Assembly (NCBI GenBank): GCA_963693365.1
Contig: CAVNZM010000001.1
Coordinates: 8,262,907 to 8,326,906, forward strand
Reading direction: 5' to 3'
Length of the DNA: 64,000 bases
Source of the DNA: Amoebidium appalachense
Taxonomy: Eukaryota > Protista > Ichthyosporea
Shown here piece after piece: positions 35,779 through 55,435 of this stretch. A model generated the notes under the pieces. That model worked only from the letters and a program-made list of their open reading frames with translations, did not search any database and was not told the origin of the DNA. Numbering within the stretch: position 1 is the first letter of the stretch; every line of letters begins with the position of its first letter. A program made the position numbers and the translations under genes.

Positions 35779-36220
35779 CATGTGTTGTGTGGATTAGCGA
35801 GCATATGTGTATGTGTGTGTATGTGTGTGTACGTGTGTACGTGTGTGTGGTGGGATTTTTTTTTTTTTTTTTGGGGGGGGGGGGGGTTGTGTGTGTGTGT
35901 GTGCACATGTGTTGTGTGTGGATTAGCGAGCGAGCGGGTGAGTATGTGCTATACTAGGTAATATATGGGCGTGGGTGTGCATGTGCATGTGTGTGTGCGT
36001 GGTACATTAGGTAATGAGTGTGTGTGCACACACAAACTGCACGGAAATAATCGCAGGTCTGAGTTTTGTGCTCATGCATGTTAAAGCATTGTCTATAGAA
36101 GGCATACATGACATCGAAAAATGTCGACATGCCTGCCCCCCCCCCCCCCTCCCCCTCCCCCCCTTCCCCACACACACACTCACACGCATATACACTCGCA
36201 CATGCACACACCACACATAC

Positions 36221-36264
<44 letters not shown>

Positions 36265-36269
36265 ACCAC

Positions 36270-36307
<38 letters not shown>

Positions 36308-36812
36308 GACAGGCAGAGCACACACACACCACCTATGCACCCACAAACCTCCCTTCCCCCCTCCCTCCCCTCCCCCCCCCCCCCCACACACACATCCACA
36401 AACACACCCACACATTACCTCCATAACTTCCGACAACTCCAACACCAACTATGATAGCTCTTAGTGATGTGCTCCGTGCACACACATGTACTCATGCACA
36501 CACATACAAACATACCACCCACCCACCCCTCTACACAAACACACACACATCCACCCCCCCCCCCCCCCCCCCCCCCCCCAACACACACAGACACACACCC
36601 ACCGACACATACCTCCATGAGTTCCGACAACTCCAGCAGCAGTTGACTCTTTGTGATGTGCTCCTCCTCCGTGCCTGTCTTGCGCGGGAACTCACCGTCG
36701 TTCTTTGCAAACTGATTGAGCATGCTCTCTACGTGCTCCTGACACTTGCGCCCGTTCACATCCAGGTTCTGTGGGTGGATCATATACCTCGAGTTAGGCC
36801 GCGCGGGGTGGG

Positions 36813-36850
<38 letters not shown>

Positions 36851-37077
36851 GTGTGTGTGTGTGTGTGTGTGCGTGTTTTGGGAGGGAGGGGGAACAACAA
36901 AAAGATGCTTAAATATACAGAGCTTATATAAGAAAAACAGTTTTTGAGGGTGCTTGTGTGTTAGGCGAGCAGGATTGTTCAAGAAGCAGCAAATTTAAAT
37001 AAAAAAAACAAAAAAAACACGAGAAGAGCAGCGCGAGGGTAGAAGAGAATGTGAGAGGGGTGGAGGACATGGGGGTC

Positions 37078-37114
<37 letters not shown>

Positions 37115-37327
37115 GGGGACAGAGTGAGAGAGCGAAGAGAAAGAGAGAGAAGTGTGATCACTGAACCTAACCGACACTAACTTATAGAACGCCGGGGGGG
37201 GGGGGGGGGGGGGGAGGGGGGGGGGGAGAACAAGTACGAACGGTATGGTACCGATAACACACCCAAAGTTAAGCACGCGAAAAGGTAACAGTAACGTTTG
37301 TGTGCACATAGAAGCAACTGCACGTGG

Positions 37328-37375
<48 letters not shown>

Positions 37376-38218
37376 AAAAATGCAGAATTTAGGGGAGCGC
37401 AATCATGAGTAGAACACTAACTGCATGCACACCCAGGGTCGCCTTAGCGCAAAAGATCTGGTAGCCGAGAGGATAAAACAGTTGCCCTTATCCCGAAACT
37501 TACTTGACAAACACGACTAAACCTCTGCCTTTTCCTCTATTCTCCTCGCCCCTCCTCCTCCTCCTCCTTCCCCGCCACATATCTACCTGGTAACACCACA
37601 ACGCCCGACCCTCCCACATCCGTCACGCTCTTACAACAGCTCCAAAATTCTCCCTATACGAGGAGTAGTAAAATTCCAAGGCATTGTACCTACATAAAAC
37701 TGCCCTACAACAGTTGAGCCAGTTAACGTGGGGAAGGGGGGAAAAAACAAAAAAGACATGTTAACCTACGGATATAAATTCGTTGACAAAACAACGAGCC
37801 AAAAGAGTTGTGTTTTGCAGACATACACAGCTCAAAACGGTATATTTGTGCACCGAATCGTGTGAGCCCAAAAAGACCGCCCAAGATGACATTCCACCCA
37901 CCCAAGAATACCACTCCAAGCCTACCCAAACACGCGAACGCACACTTTATAACACACGCACGCATAAAAACCAGCCCGCACGCACACGCACACGCACACA
38001 CGTTCAAACACAAAAGTACTTACCACCTCCTGCGAGAGCAGCGTAGCAACATTGTCCCACGCAATCTTCTTTGCACCGTGCCTCTCCTTGAAAGGCATCT
38101 GTGCAATGACTAGCCTCAGCAACTTGATGTCATCCCCAACACCAAACCGCACGTGCTTTCTGCGCTTGCGTGCGCCTCCATCTTCGAGATCATCAAGAAG
38201 ACCATCATCGTCAGCCAT
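35225..38218 (-). CDS. Myb/SANT-like (trihelix-type) DNA-binding protein with C-terminal coiled coil, 253 aa, resembling the PIF/Harbinger accessory protein
   Basis: Exons 38218-38024, 36768-36613, 35635-35225, all phase 0, GT-AG. N-terminus [45 protein letters not shown]...[13 protein letters not shown], then an E/R/K-rich coil ([27 protein letters not shown]). Confidence 0.82.
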
Positions 38219-39026
38219 GTTTGAGTTTGTAGAAAAGAAAAACGAGGAAAGTTTTGTGTTTGTTGACGATGACAAAGAGAGGATCGGTTGTCGTGTGTGG
38301 TGCAAGTGGCTATAAATAAAACAATGCACCAGCAAAAAGAATAATAGTGTCCGTGTATGTTTTTCACCGGGAGGTTGCTATGAAAACTGTAAAAAACTGA
38401 ACACAACGGTCGCAAACGGAAAACATAACAGGGCGAAGGCGATAACGGATCCCGGAAAAAACATGGCGGGTAAAAACAGCCTTGACAGAGGCGTGCTAAT
38501 TCGATCTCTCTGCACCAATCAATATGTAAAGCCAGAGCTGATGCAAATGTTTTTTTCTGAGTTACTGAGGCTCATCACAAGGAATTAAGCCTTACATCAA
38601 GTTTATTTGTTTTGCAAGTAATTTGTTCTATGTATTTTTAAGCTTTGAACGTTTTTATATTATAACTTTTTCAGAACTCTACCACGTATCAAAATAATAG
38701 CTGGCCAATACTTGTAGACTGTCGGCCGAGGCACTGGCAGAAGCGGAATCTGCAACCCGCCTCTGCTTCACTAACAGTTGATTGGAGAAGAGCAATTCTG
38801 TTTCGAAATTTCACCTTTTCCGGTTCACGGATTGGGTTTTTGGAAACGTTGAGCGCGCCAAGTTTGAATTCTTTCGATTGGCCGGTACGATCCAATCACA
38901 TGCAGGTATTGTTTTGCGTAACATTTGCGCAAGTTAATCGCAGAGGGCCTCGTAGAAATAAGGGCTACCTAAAAAGGCAGCAGCACCTTTTTTTTGTGTA
39001 TTATTTTTCCGTGTGTGTGTGTGTGT

Positions 39027-39100
<74 letters not shown>

Positions 39101-40050
39101 TCGTACATGTGTTTGTGTGTGTGTGTGTGTGTACCGTACGATGTGCATGTGTGTGTGTGTGTGCGGGTGTCACGGTGTGCATACCGTGATTGTACATGTG
39201 TGCGTGTCACGTGTATGTGCGCGTGTGCTTGCGTGCGTCCGTGTGTTCACATGTGTGTGGAAAGGAGCAGAGGGGGAGACTCGCCGGGGGTGGGGGGTGG
39301 GGCGGGGAGAGGGGAGAGGGGAGGGGAGGGGGGAGGGGGGGGGGGGGGGGGGGGGATCCGGAGGGTGCTCGGAGCGGGGCGATGGCCCGGGAGGAGGGGG
39401 GGATTTGGCCATGGCCATGGTGCACAATGCCTCACGGCGACATCTAGTGATATGTATCTACATGCAGAATGCACGTGTGCACACAATTGAAACGGCGAGA
39501 TCATCATCCAGATCTCAGTCCCATGCCATACATTCCGCACATGTGCAATTATTGCTGTGACCGTCTGGACGTGAAATGCCATATTAGGCATATATGTGAC
39601 AATGTTTTGTCTGATCGTACACGTGTCCAATGTGCTGCTGTTTTTTTTTTTTTTTATGCCTTAAAAAAATGTGCTGAATTTAATGTTGAGTAATTCTGGC
39701 AATGCATTGCGCTCTACGGCAGACCAATCCAAAGAAGATGCTTTCGCAGAATAATTCTGCTTGAGGCAGAAAATGGTCATCCTGTCGGAAGAGAGCCCTT
39801 TTCTTGGTCTGCTTAAAAAGTCACCGAACGGTTCTCTTTACTGGATTGCAGAGTCAGCACGTCTTAGATTTAAGAACTTCCTGCTGCGACAAGCGGGACA
39901 TACTATTCATGCATTGAATACTTATGCACAAAACGAAATCTTAGTGCCCACATTTATGTGCTTTGTGCTGTTTAAGCCCAAAATGTTTTACTGTTGCCAC
40001 GGTGTTACATGCTGAATGGAGGCTTTTTTTTTTTTGTGTGTGTGTGTGTA

Positions 40051-40125
<75 letters not shown>

Positions 40126-41371
40126 ATATGATGGGGGAAGGAGGAGGGGGGCAGTGATGATTCAGCTCACAGCGTGTACTGCCATCAGGCTATTTGAGTA
40201 TCATGTTGGCTTGATGCTGTTGGTTATTGCTGCACCTCGGCATTGTGTGGTGTACATCTAGTGTACACGTGCACATCATGCGGCCGTAGGTACCTGAGCA
40301 TATGCAATCCGTACGGTACGGCTGCATATATTTGAACTTTGCCGTGCACTTACTTAGGTCCGAGGCTGAGGCGCAGTTGATCCTACCCACACGGCATAGC
40401 TATGTAGACCTTGTATTGTTTGCATGCACAGGACACATGTCCAGTGACAAGGCTTTGTCGGCATGAATTTGCATATAGCATATTTGATTGATACCTCGCC
40501 GACGATCAGCACTGCAAGTGCACGCATATCCGTGCAACTAATACATACACAGGCTTGCAAATCACAGTGAATAGCAGAACAGATATGCGGCAGCAGCGCA
40601 CACAATGCCATGAATCAGGTGAATTGCCTTGAATGATGGGTACAACAGTCCAAGGCTTGATTTCTCCCTGCATATATTCACAGCAGCACAATCCTATGCA
40701 TAGACTCTGAAGGCCGACAACATACGTATATACTACAGTTCCTATATAGCCGAAACAGACAACTATTGCGCATGCATATGCATTGTGCTTTATAGCGTTT
40801 ATGAATTCCCGTGTGTTGTGCAAATATAGCTAGATATCGACGTTCCAAATTAACATATCATGCTAAACCTATGTTACATCGGCAACTGCTATGCCGCAAT
40901 ATGCATTTTTGGAGGTACAACTATATCAAGCCATTACACATCCCACCATATATATGTCAGATATTTGAACCCCAGGTAACACAATATAGAACCCATACTA
41001 CAACGGTCTGTCGATCAATCCGACAAGCATTCACAAGCGACACAACGTGACATGGTCCTTTTTGTGGTGAAACCGGCCCACCCCCTCAACCACCCATCCA
41101 CACAAACACACACACACCCCAACAACCCCACTCACCACACCTAACACCCATACCCAAACCCACACATGCAGGCACACCAAAAAGAATACGACGTGAACAA
41201 ACAACAAAAAAATTATCATACAATCAATTCAACCAACAAAACCAACTAACTAAATCTATCATATAGATAGCCATACACCCAAACCAATGGGAGCCAGCCC
41301 CACCTATTTCCAAAATCCCCATTCTAACGTGTCCTGCCTGCAGGACACAAGGTGAATACCGGAGTAGGGTT

Positions 41372-47924
<6,553 letters not shown>

Positions 47925-49391
47925 GATGAAGTTGTTCCTGCCTGCCCGCAAGTAGATTTTACAAGTTGTACTACCAGGATGATGATGTGCTAAAACAAAG
48001 AGTCAAGACCAAAGGATGTAGGAGCCGAATGTTGCTGAAAACCATTAGCCAGCCAGTAAAAATTTCGGGACTGCTAGTGCAATATTTCTTTGTAGTCCTG
48101 ATGAATCACCAGCTTCGACAGTAGCTTCGACAGCAATCCACAAGCTCAAGGTCTGGGGTGAAGATGTTGTCGCTTTGTGTGGTTTACTTGCTTGTCATCC
48201 GCTCGTGGTTGTTATGTCTACTCTTCCTAGAAACTTTTACAGCCAAAAAACCAAACCATGCTTTGCATTACCCGGTGTCTAGTGAAAGTTACTTATACAG
48301 CCACGAACTAAAATCCAACACACCAACATGCGTCCCCTAATTTTTCTCTTCTTTTTTAGGTGAATGCACAAACTTTGAACACAAAAAGTGATGCCTCCTT
48401 GTGCAAATTCATCGCATTGAACCCTTGCGTTGCTAAAATTTCAGGGATATTCAAATAAATTGTACGGGCTTTTGAGCTCATGAAACAAATGAGCTGTAAA
48501 CGAACATTCAGGAATTTGACCTCCTGGTGGCAAATTACAGCAGTAACCGGCCTACTTCATACATTTGCAAATTGGGCTGATATTTATTCAAATTTGTTTG
48601 CTATAGCCAAAGTTGTAACCATGAGGCCCCATTTTTATAGAAATCAAGGGAGCCATTGAATTCTGACAATGATTCAGCAATATTTGACACCCTGGAGGCA
48701 AGCTGCTTAGGTCATAATGACATCATCGCCAGCCACGCATTGTGATTGGTCATATTTGCCAACAATTTGGGTCGTCCAATCAAATGCCATTCTTGCGTCG
48801 ATTGTAAGACCCTATCCCGTTTTTGAAATTTGTTTCAGGGTGCGAAACAACGAAATTCCTATTTTATCTTGCGCGGGCTGGTAAGCCAATCAAATTGCGT
48901 GCGTTTATCTCATGGCAACACGATTCACGTTCAGTGATCAGTCACGGCCGTGGTTCAGTTCACCACTTTCAGTCTTTCTGAAATTTACTTGACACTTGAA
49001 GTTCATCGGTACTACGGAAACAAAACGTGTCTGTTGTGTGCGCGTGAAGGGGACTTTCGTCGTGTTTGCTGAAGCTTCAGCTGGTGAGCTTTCATGGCTT
49101 TCAGTGCCTGTTTCTTGTATAGCGCAAATGTGTAATTCGAAATAGCTTGGTGATCCGTTCGAATTCCTTGTGTTTTGGTTTTATATGTAGCGTGTGTTGC
49201 GTCGATCAGTCAAGGCAGACGGTCACCTCAGCCCAGTTTTAGCGATCGATTACTCTCTCAGTTTCACGCATACAATAAGTAGATAATTAGGTACACATTC
49301 AGCAATTGCCAATTTTCACTTAAATCAGCTCCTTTTTATGGTCATTCAGAAGGTTTCATCCGACAACCCACGCCCCACACAGTATAACAAC
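47925..49391. promoter_or_regulatory. Probable divergent promoter and 5'-UTR region shared by syntaxin and the hydrolase
   Basis: Head-to-head genes; region lacks microsatellites; CCAAT/ATTGG boxes at 48745, 48776, 48886; possible 5'-UTR intron 49084-49349 (GTGAGC...TTCAG). Confidence 0.5.
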
Positions 49392-50609
49392 ATGGCAGCA
49401 ATAGCGGTAGGGGCAGCTGCTTGTGGGGGCGTTGCCCTCTACACCGCGTACTATCACTTTCGCGTCAGAGAGGTCCCCCAAATACGCTGCCGCCCAGTAG
49501 CATTCAACAAAGCCGTGCTCGAGCGATGTTCAATTCTAAAGCAGGCATACTGGCCCCATGTTCTTGCCTTCAACGCACATCTTCAACTGGTGGCCCTCTC
49601 TCTTCGAAATGCCCTGCGCCCGGCCCTCACGTTTAAGCGCGAGTTGGTAGATGTTGAGGGGGGTGCAGAACATGTTGCACTGGATTGGGCCGTGGGGGAG
49701 AATGAGCCCGCGCCCGACGCCCCTACTATGATCCTTCTTCACGGAATTACGGGTGATGCCCCAAGTATGGCCCACCTCGCGCGGGAGGCGCTCAGCAGGG
49801 GTTGGCGTGCTGTGGTGGTGATTAGACGTGGCCATGGTGGGTTAAAGCTGCGCACGCCCAAGTTTAACCCTATGGGGTGTGTGCACGATTTGCGCAAGTG
49901 CATAGCAACCATCCAGGAGAGGTACCCTGAGAGCCCATTGGCGTTGGTGGGGTGGTCCGCTGGTTCAGGCATCCTTGTGCGTTATTTGGGGGAGGAAGGG
50001 AGCAAGACGCTCATAAAAGTAGCGGTGGGGTTGTGTCCGGGTTACGATGTGGAGAAATGTTTTAGCCGGATACAGCCCTTTTACGGCAGGTATATGTCTG
50101 GAAAGCTCAAGAGTTTTTTCTTGAAGCAGCACGCGGATACACTCAGCCAGGTGGGTAGTTTCGAGGTTGCGATGAATGCGCGCAATTGCAATCATTTCCT
50201 TGAATCGGCACACGGGCTGTTTGGGTTCGCCAGCTATGATGAGTTCCTGCAGCACAGCAACCCCATGGTCGTGGCACATCAAATCGCCGTGCCACTTCTG
50301 TGCATTAACGCGTTAGATGACCCCATTTGCACGTCGGAGAATGTGGAGGAGCAGGCGTGGTTGTTTGATCATGTCCCTAATGCCATCCTCGCCACTACGG
50401 AGAGGGGTTCCCACTGTGCGTATTTGGAGGGTGTGGGTTTGACATCATGGTTAGATCGTGTGACATGCGATTATGTGAGTGCGGCATTGGGGACGATGAA
50501 GGAGGGAATAAGGCCGTGTGCTTCTGCGCTGAGTCTGTCGGTGGAGGAGTTGAAAGCTATTCCTAAGAAGAACGGGTACCTGCCGTGTGAGTGCTGCGAG
50601 GACCAATGA
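49392..50609 (+). CDS. Alpha/beta hydrolase of the ABHD1/2/3-YheT family, CDS uninterrupted
   Basis: Single ORF (also open from ATG 49338) with N-terminal hydrophobic segment, NAHLQ, VALDW, LLHGITG, RRGHGG, nucleophile elbow VGWSAGS, NALDDPIC and GSHCAYLEG giving a Ser-Asp-His triad. Confidence 0.93.
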   Translation: MAAIAVGAAACGGVALYTAYYHFRVREVPQIRCRPVAFNKAVLERCSILKQAYWPHVLAFNAHLQLVALSLRNALRPALTFKRELVDVEGGAEHVALDWAVGENEPAPDAPTMILLHGITGDAPSMAHLAREALSRGWRAVVVIRRGHGGLKLRTPKFNPMGCVHDLRKCIATIQERYPESPLALVGWSAGSGILVRYLGEEGSKTLIKVAVGLCPGYDVEKCFSRIQPFYGRYMSGKLKSFFLKQHADTLSQVGSFEVAMNARNCNHFLESAHGLFGFASYDEFLQHSNPMVVAHQIAVPLLCINALDDPICTSENVEEQAWLFDHVPNAILATTERGSHCAYLEGVGLTSWLDRVTCDYVSAALGTMKEGIRPCASALSLSVEELKAIPKKNGYLPCECCEDQ

Positions 50610-51474
50610 ATTACTTTTATTATGATTTAACTGGATTACTTTTATTTTATTTTGATATTAAAAGAATTGACTGGGCGTGGCTGGAGTGGTTTTTTTCGTC
50701 TACTTATTTCGTCTCCTTCACATCCACCTGAGTATTTCATCAAGTGAAGTGGCTTCATTACCTTTTATTCGGTTTTCTTATTACTAGGTAAATATTTAAA
50801 CCTTTGTAAATATTATAACTGGACATGGCTGGAGTGGTTGGTTTCGTCATAATACTCTCTCTTCGTATCCACGTGCATTATTCTCCTGATTTTCCCCTTT
50901 CTTTCGTCTTTTGTATGGGAGATAATTTTTCTGGATTAACCACCTGTCATGTGCTTGAGCCATTATGGTCATTCTTAGGCTTGAGCGGCTCCTTTTCTCA
51001 GTTTTTCATCATTTATTCCCTTTTTCTCATCCTTTGCTCCGTTCGAGACGAAGGTTTCTTTCATTTTCTGGCACCCCAACCTAATTCTGTAGGCATGCAT
51101 GCTGTCATTATGACATACTATTCTTTCGTACACAACATGTTGCCCCCCCTCCCCCCCCCCCCCCCCCCCCTCCCCCCCCCCCTCTTCTTCCGTTCTCCCC
51201 TGGGGTTGATCTGCTTGGGTTAGAGCTTTGCAGCAAGCACCACATGCCCAAAACATGATGAAGCAAAACAAGCATACGAGACTAAATGCCGCTTTAAAAT
51301 TATTATAAGTTATTTTTTACTGTGTCGGCATTTTCGCACACGTGACTTTAAAAGTTTACATAAAGCACAGATCGGTCTAGGGGGCACTGGCTGGCACCAG
51401 GTTAACGGCACAGAATCGAAATTCCAATTTGCACGTGGTTGGAGAATGTTGGTGTGTGTGAATGAACATGTGTT

Positions 51475-51915
51475 GGGCGGGTTGGGTGCCCGTGCCCACG
51501 TGCCCATATGTGATGGGTTGGGTGCTTTTCCTTTGCCCATATCTCGTGGGTTTGCTGCTCGTACTTTGCCAATATATGGTGGGTTGCATGCCTCCGAGAA
51601 TCCTGTGCCTAAATATGGTGTGCCCATATATGGTGCGTTGGGTGCTCTTCCTTTGCCCATACATGGCGGGTCGGGGGTTTTCCCTTGCTTATATATGGTG
51701 GGTTGGGTGCCTTTCCTTTGCCCATATATGGTTGGTTGGGTGCTCTTCCTTTGCCCATATATGGTGGGTTGGGTGCCCTTCCTTTGCCCATATATGGTTG
51801 GTTGGGTGCTCTTCCTTTGCCCATATATGGTGGGTTGGGTCCTCATCCTTTGCCCATATATATTATGTGCCGCTCTTCTCTCTTTTTGTGCCCATATATG
51901 GTGGGTTGCATGCTA
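51475..51915. repeat. 33-bp minisatellite, roughly a dozen copies
   Basis: Unit CCTTTGCCCATATATGGT(G/T)GGTTGGGTGCTCTT; period 33 at 51715, 51748, 51781, 51814. Confidence 0.92.
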
Positions 51916-52413
51916 TCCGAGAATCCTGTGCCCGAATATGGTCCGCCCATCATTTGGTGGATACTTTGCACTCTGTAGCGCATCCTCCTTCCCCCCCCCC
52001 CCCCCCCCCCCCTCCCCCCGCCATGCTCCAGCCCACGTCCTCCGGCCCCCGAATGCCCCAACCCACTGTGACTAGCTTCTCCAAATCATAATTGAGAAAA
52101 AATACGAACCTCTACCAGTGAGGCTGGGGTGTAAACCCTGGGCTAAGTGTGTACTAGTAGTTAGGATTGGTAACGGTGTGATAGTCTAGCTTATTGCACC
52201 TTTAGCACCCTAACTAGGTTACATGTTCGGTGCTGTGTTGAAGACGGTAGCTCCTATCACACGTGATGGGGGCCCCCTGTGGGATCCTTCTTGGAACAAA
52301 ACGGGATAAACTATAAAAGTTAAAGGAATAAAAACCCCAACACACTTACTGTACACACTTATCCAGGGGCAAAGGGGAAGTGCATGAGAGAGGTATTCGG
52401 GGTATTGGGGGTT

Positions 52414-52444
<31 letters not shown>

Positions 52445-52640
52445 CATCCATATGAACACAGTGATTTCGCGGAGTTGGGGTGGGGTGGGGTGGGGGGGGG
52501 GGGGGGGGGGGGGGGGGGGAGGGAGAGAGATGGGGAGGGGGCCCCCCCGTTATTTAATACTCCCTCCCCACACCTCCCTCCCCCAACCCCCTCCACGTTT
52601 CACCATCCTTTCAAATCGGATCGTTTTACGTCGATGACCT

Positions 52641-52672
<32 letters not shown>

Positions 52673-52884
52673 CCCCCGGGCCCCCGCCCCGGCTCCTTGC
52701 AGTGGACAATCTTGGCTAGCAACATATAACAAATATGCCAAGGTAGCTGTAGGCACTCTAAATAGTATTAGGCAAAGACACGTATATGTAGGTTGCTCTG
52801 CATAAGGAACAATAGATTATCAAGACTGAGGCTGCACCGGGTGCTTTACCGCTGTATCATGACTGTCTGAATCCAGCCTCTATT

Positions 52885-53060
52885 TGAGGCCCAATCCCAC
52901 AATCACAGCACAGACATTGCTTTCAAGGGCCCCGTGCAACTGAGATTGTAACAACCGGGTGGCCACCCCAATCGAATATTCGATCGTGCATGTGCCTCAA
53001 TGGAAGTGTCGTTGAGGCACAGCAGCTTGATGACAGTTTGCGTCACTGGGCCGCCCACGT
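52885..53060 (+). mobile_element. Decayed dispersed repeat family, probably a mobile-element coding remnant
   Basis: Aligns with 61707-61880; shares the blocks CCCACAATCA and GGTG(G/A)CCACCC at the same spacing with 57472-57548 (+) and 32470-32548, 34222-34295, 60182-60258 (-). Confidence 0.6.
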
Positions 53061-53151
53061 CTTTTGCTGAAACCTAGTGAACACACACTGGCCCGTCACT
53101 TTAACTCGACGGACTTACGTTTCGCGCCCCCCCCCCCCCCCCCCCCCCTTC

Positions 53152-53198
<47 letters not shown>

Positions 53199-53334
53199 AA
53201 CAAAAAAAAAACACACACACACAGAAACACACACACCCTCCCGGGCCTCTGCCATCCCCCCCCCCCCCCCCCTTCCCCCCCCCCCCCCTCCCCCTCCCCC
53301 CCCTGAGCCGCCCTACAACCCCTTCCCCCTCCAC

Positions 53335-53592
53335 CCCTTTCCATCCCCATCTCCCCCCCCTCCCCCCTTCCCCCGCATTCCCCCTTCAGAAGAAGAATTC
53401 CAAGACAGCTCACGAAGAGTTTTTGCGAGTCATTCACGCACATTGTTGCCAAAAACACTACCTCATATCGGGTTGCTCCAGACACACATGTAGCCTCACA
53501 TAGTAGTGAAGTCGATATAATTTTTTTATGGTGTCCCGTGTTAACATGCCTATGCATATGTGCCGTGCAATGTCACATGGCTACTAAACCGT
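53335..53592 (+). repeat. Dispersed direct repeat, copy 1 (copy 2 at about 58261-58512)
   Basis: Shared AAGACAGC(T/C)CACGAAGAGTTTT(T/C)GCGAGTCATTCACGC(A/G)CATTGTTGCCAAAAACAC, ATGCCTATGCATAT and TCACATGGCTACTAAAC. Confidence 0.88.
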
Positions 53593-54941
53593 TGAATGCA
53601 TAAAACCCGCCCCCCATCGAGGCTCTCTAGGCATAATAAATTCCCTGAAACACCCCTGCTCCCCCCCCACCCCCCATTCCCCGGCCGTCTACTCCACAAA
53701 TACAGGCGCCTTTCTCTCCCTTTACCTCTAAGCCAGTTCTCTTCTCATCCAGGCTCGCCTATCTCACTCTGCTTGGCTCAAGTAAACAAACGTTAAGTCC
53801 TACCACTTTTCCCGCTTCCCTCCCTCTGCCCCCCCCCCCCCCCCCCCCCCCTTCCACCTCCCCCCCCATCCCTTGTCTTCCCTCTCCCTCTCTTCCTCCT
53901 GTTCAGCAACCCTGCAGCTTACCTCCTAATTCGTACACCTGGTTGTGTAAATGTCAACTTCGAACCACGATTCCCCCCCCCCCCCTCCCCCCCCCCCCCC
54001 CCCCTCCCTCCACACACGCACACACACACATCTCCCTCCTCCTCCCCTCCCCCCCCCCCCCCCTTCTCTTCCTGCATAACAAAAGACTCACAACATTGCA
54101 CACCCAATCTCTTTCTCTTTCTCTCTCTCTCTCTCTCCCCCCCCCCCCCCCCCTTCCCCTTCTTCCCCCCTCCCCTCCTCCTCCTCCTCCCGTACCACTA
54201 TCCCCACCCCCCGTCCCCATCATCCCTTGCTTGCCCCCTTCTCCCCCTCCTCCTCCTCCCCCCCCCCCCCCCCTCGCCGCTTTTTTTCCTATCTAGATCC
54301 ATCAGACAGGAAGTGCCCCTCCTCCCTACAACCCCCACCTGCCATATTAGGCAAGTCGTATCCGATTGGCTGCCTGGCGCAACTCTGGGCCATTGCCGGG
54401 TGCAACAGCACGTGGCACGATGCTGATTTTACGCAAAAGGTGTTCTGATTGGGTGGGATTGGTGCACCTGTTCAGGGAAATGAGGGTGCTCTGTGCACCA
54501 ATAGCAGGTGCATATCCCTTCACTAATGTTTTGCTATTTATATACTTTGTGTTTAGTGTATATATTATTATTTTGGATGCCTCCCCGGGGGGAAGGCGGG
54601 GAGGTGGAGGCTTCTATTGACCACCTTTGCACTCTTCATGAGCTCTGCCCAGATATGATAGATTAATGATATCATTCGAGTCGTTTTGGGTTTTTATATG
54701 GTTTGTTTGCAGGTCCAATGAACACTCGGTGAGTGGGCTGGGGGGAGGGGGAGGGGGGTTGGGGGGGGGGGGGATATGGCGAAGAGGAGAGGGGTCTGTA
54801 GGGGAAAGGGAAGCAATATGTGTGTATGTGTTTGTGTTGGGGCAGAGGGGTAGGAGAAGGGGGGGGGGAGGGGGGGTTCCTGTGCATGTGTGCATGTGTG
54901 TGCGCGCACATATGAAGGCTGTGTCGCATTGTATTTGTGTG

Positions 54942-54976
<35 letters not shown>

Positions 54977-54977
54977 C

Positions 54978-55025
<48 letters not shown>

Positions 55026-55202
55026 GGTGCTTAGGCAATGTACACATTCACATGCATGTATCGGTCGCCCACACGGCACGGAATTTTTTCTGGTGGTTGG
55101 TTTGGTTGAATTGCTGGCCTCCTCTTGAAGGCCCCGTAGATAAGTGGATGTTTGGGTGGTCAACCCCTCCCCCCTCCCCACCCCCTCCCCCTTTTTTGTC
55201 AG

Positions 55203-55249
<47 letters not shown>

Positions 55250-55298
55250 ACACGCATCACACTTGCACACACACACACACAACCTCCCTCCCCCCCCC

Positions 55299-55435
<137 letters not shown>

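Noticed and set aside
35000-38712. GTATTGGCCA inverted match flanking the Myb-like gene as a Harbinger TIR
   Set aside because: Only 10 bp, does not extend, and no TAA/TTA duplication.
39600-41050. Complex sequence between the Myb-like gene and syntaxin as a possible transposase
   Set aside because: All frames are interrupted and no DDE or other motif is recognisable; part may be syntaxin 3' UTR.
47978-48040. C/D-box snoRNA-like ATGATGA...CTGA
   Set aside because: No terminal stem or recognisable guide, and it is antisense to the syntaxin 5' region.
51446-52091. ORFs of about 200 aa with 11-residue repeats
   Set aside because: Explained by the 33-bp minisatellite, which is open in several frames on both strands.
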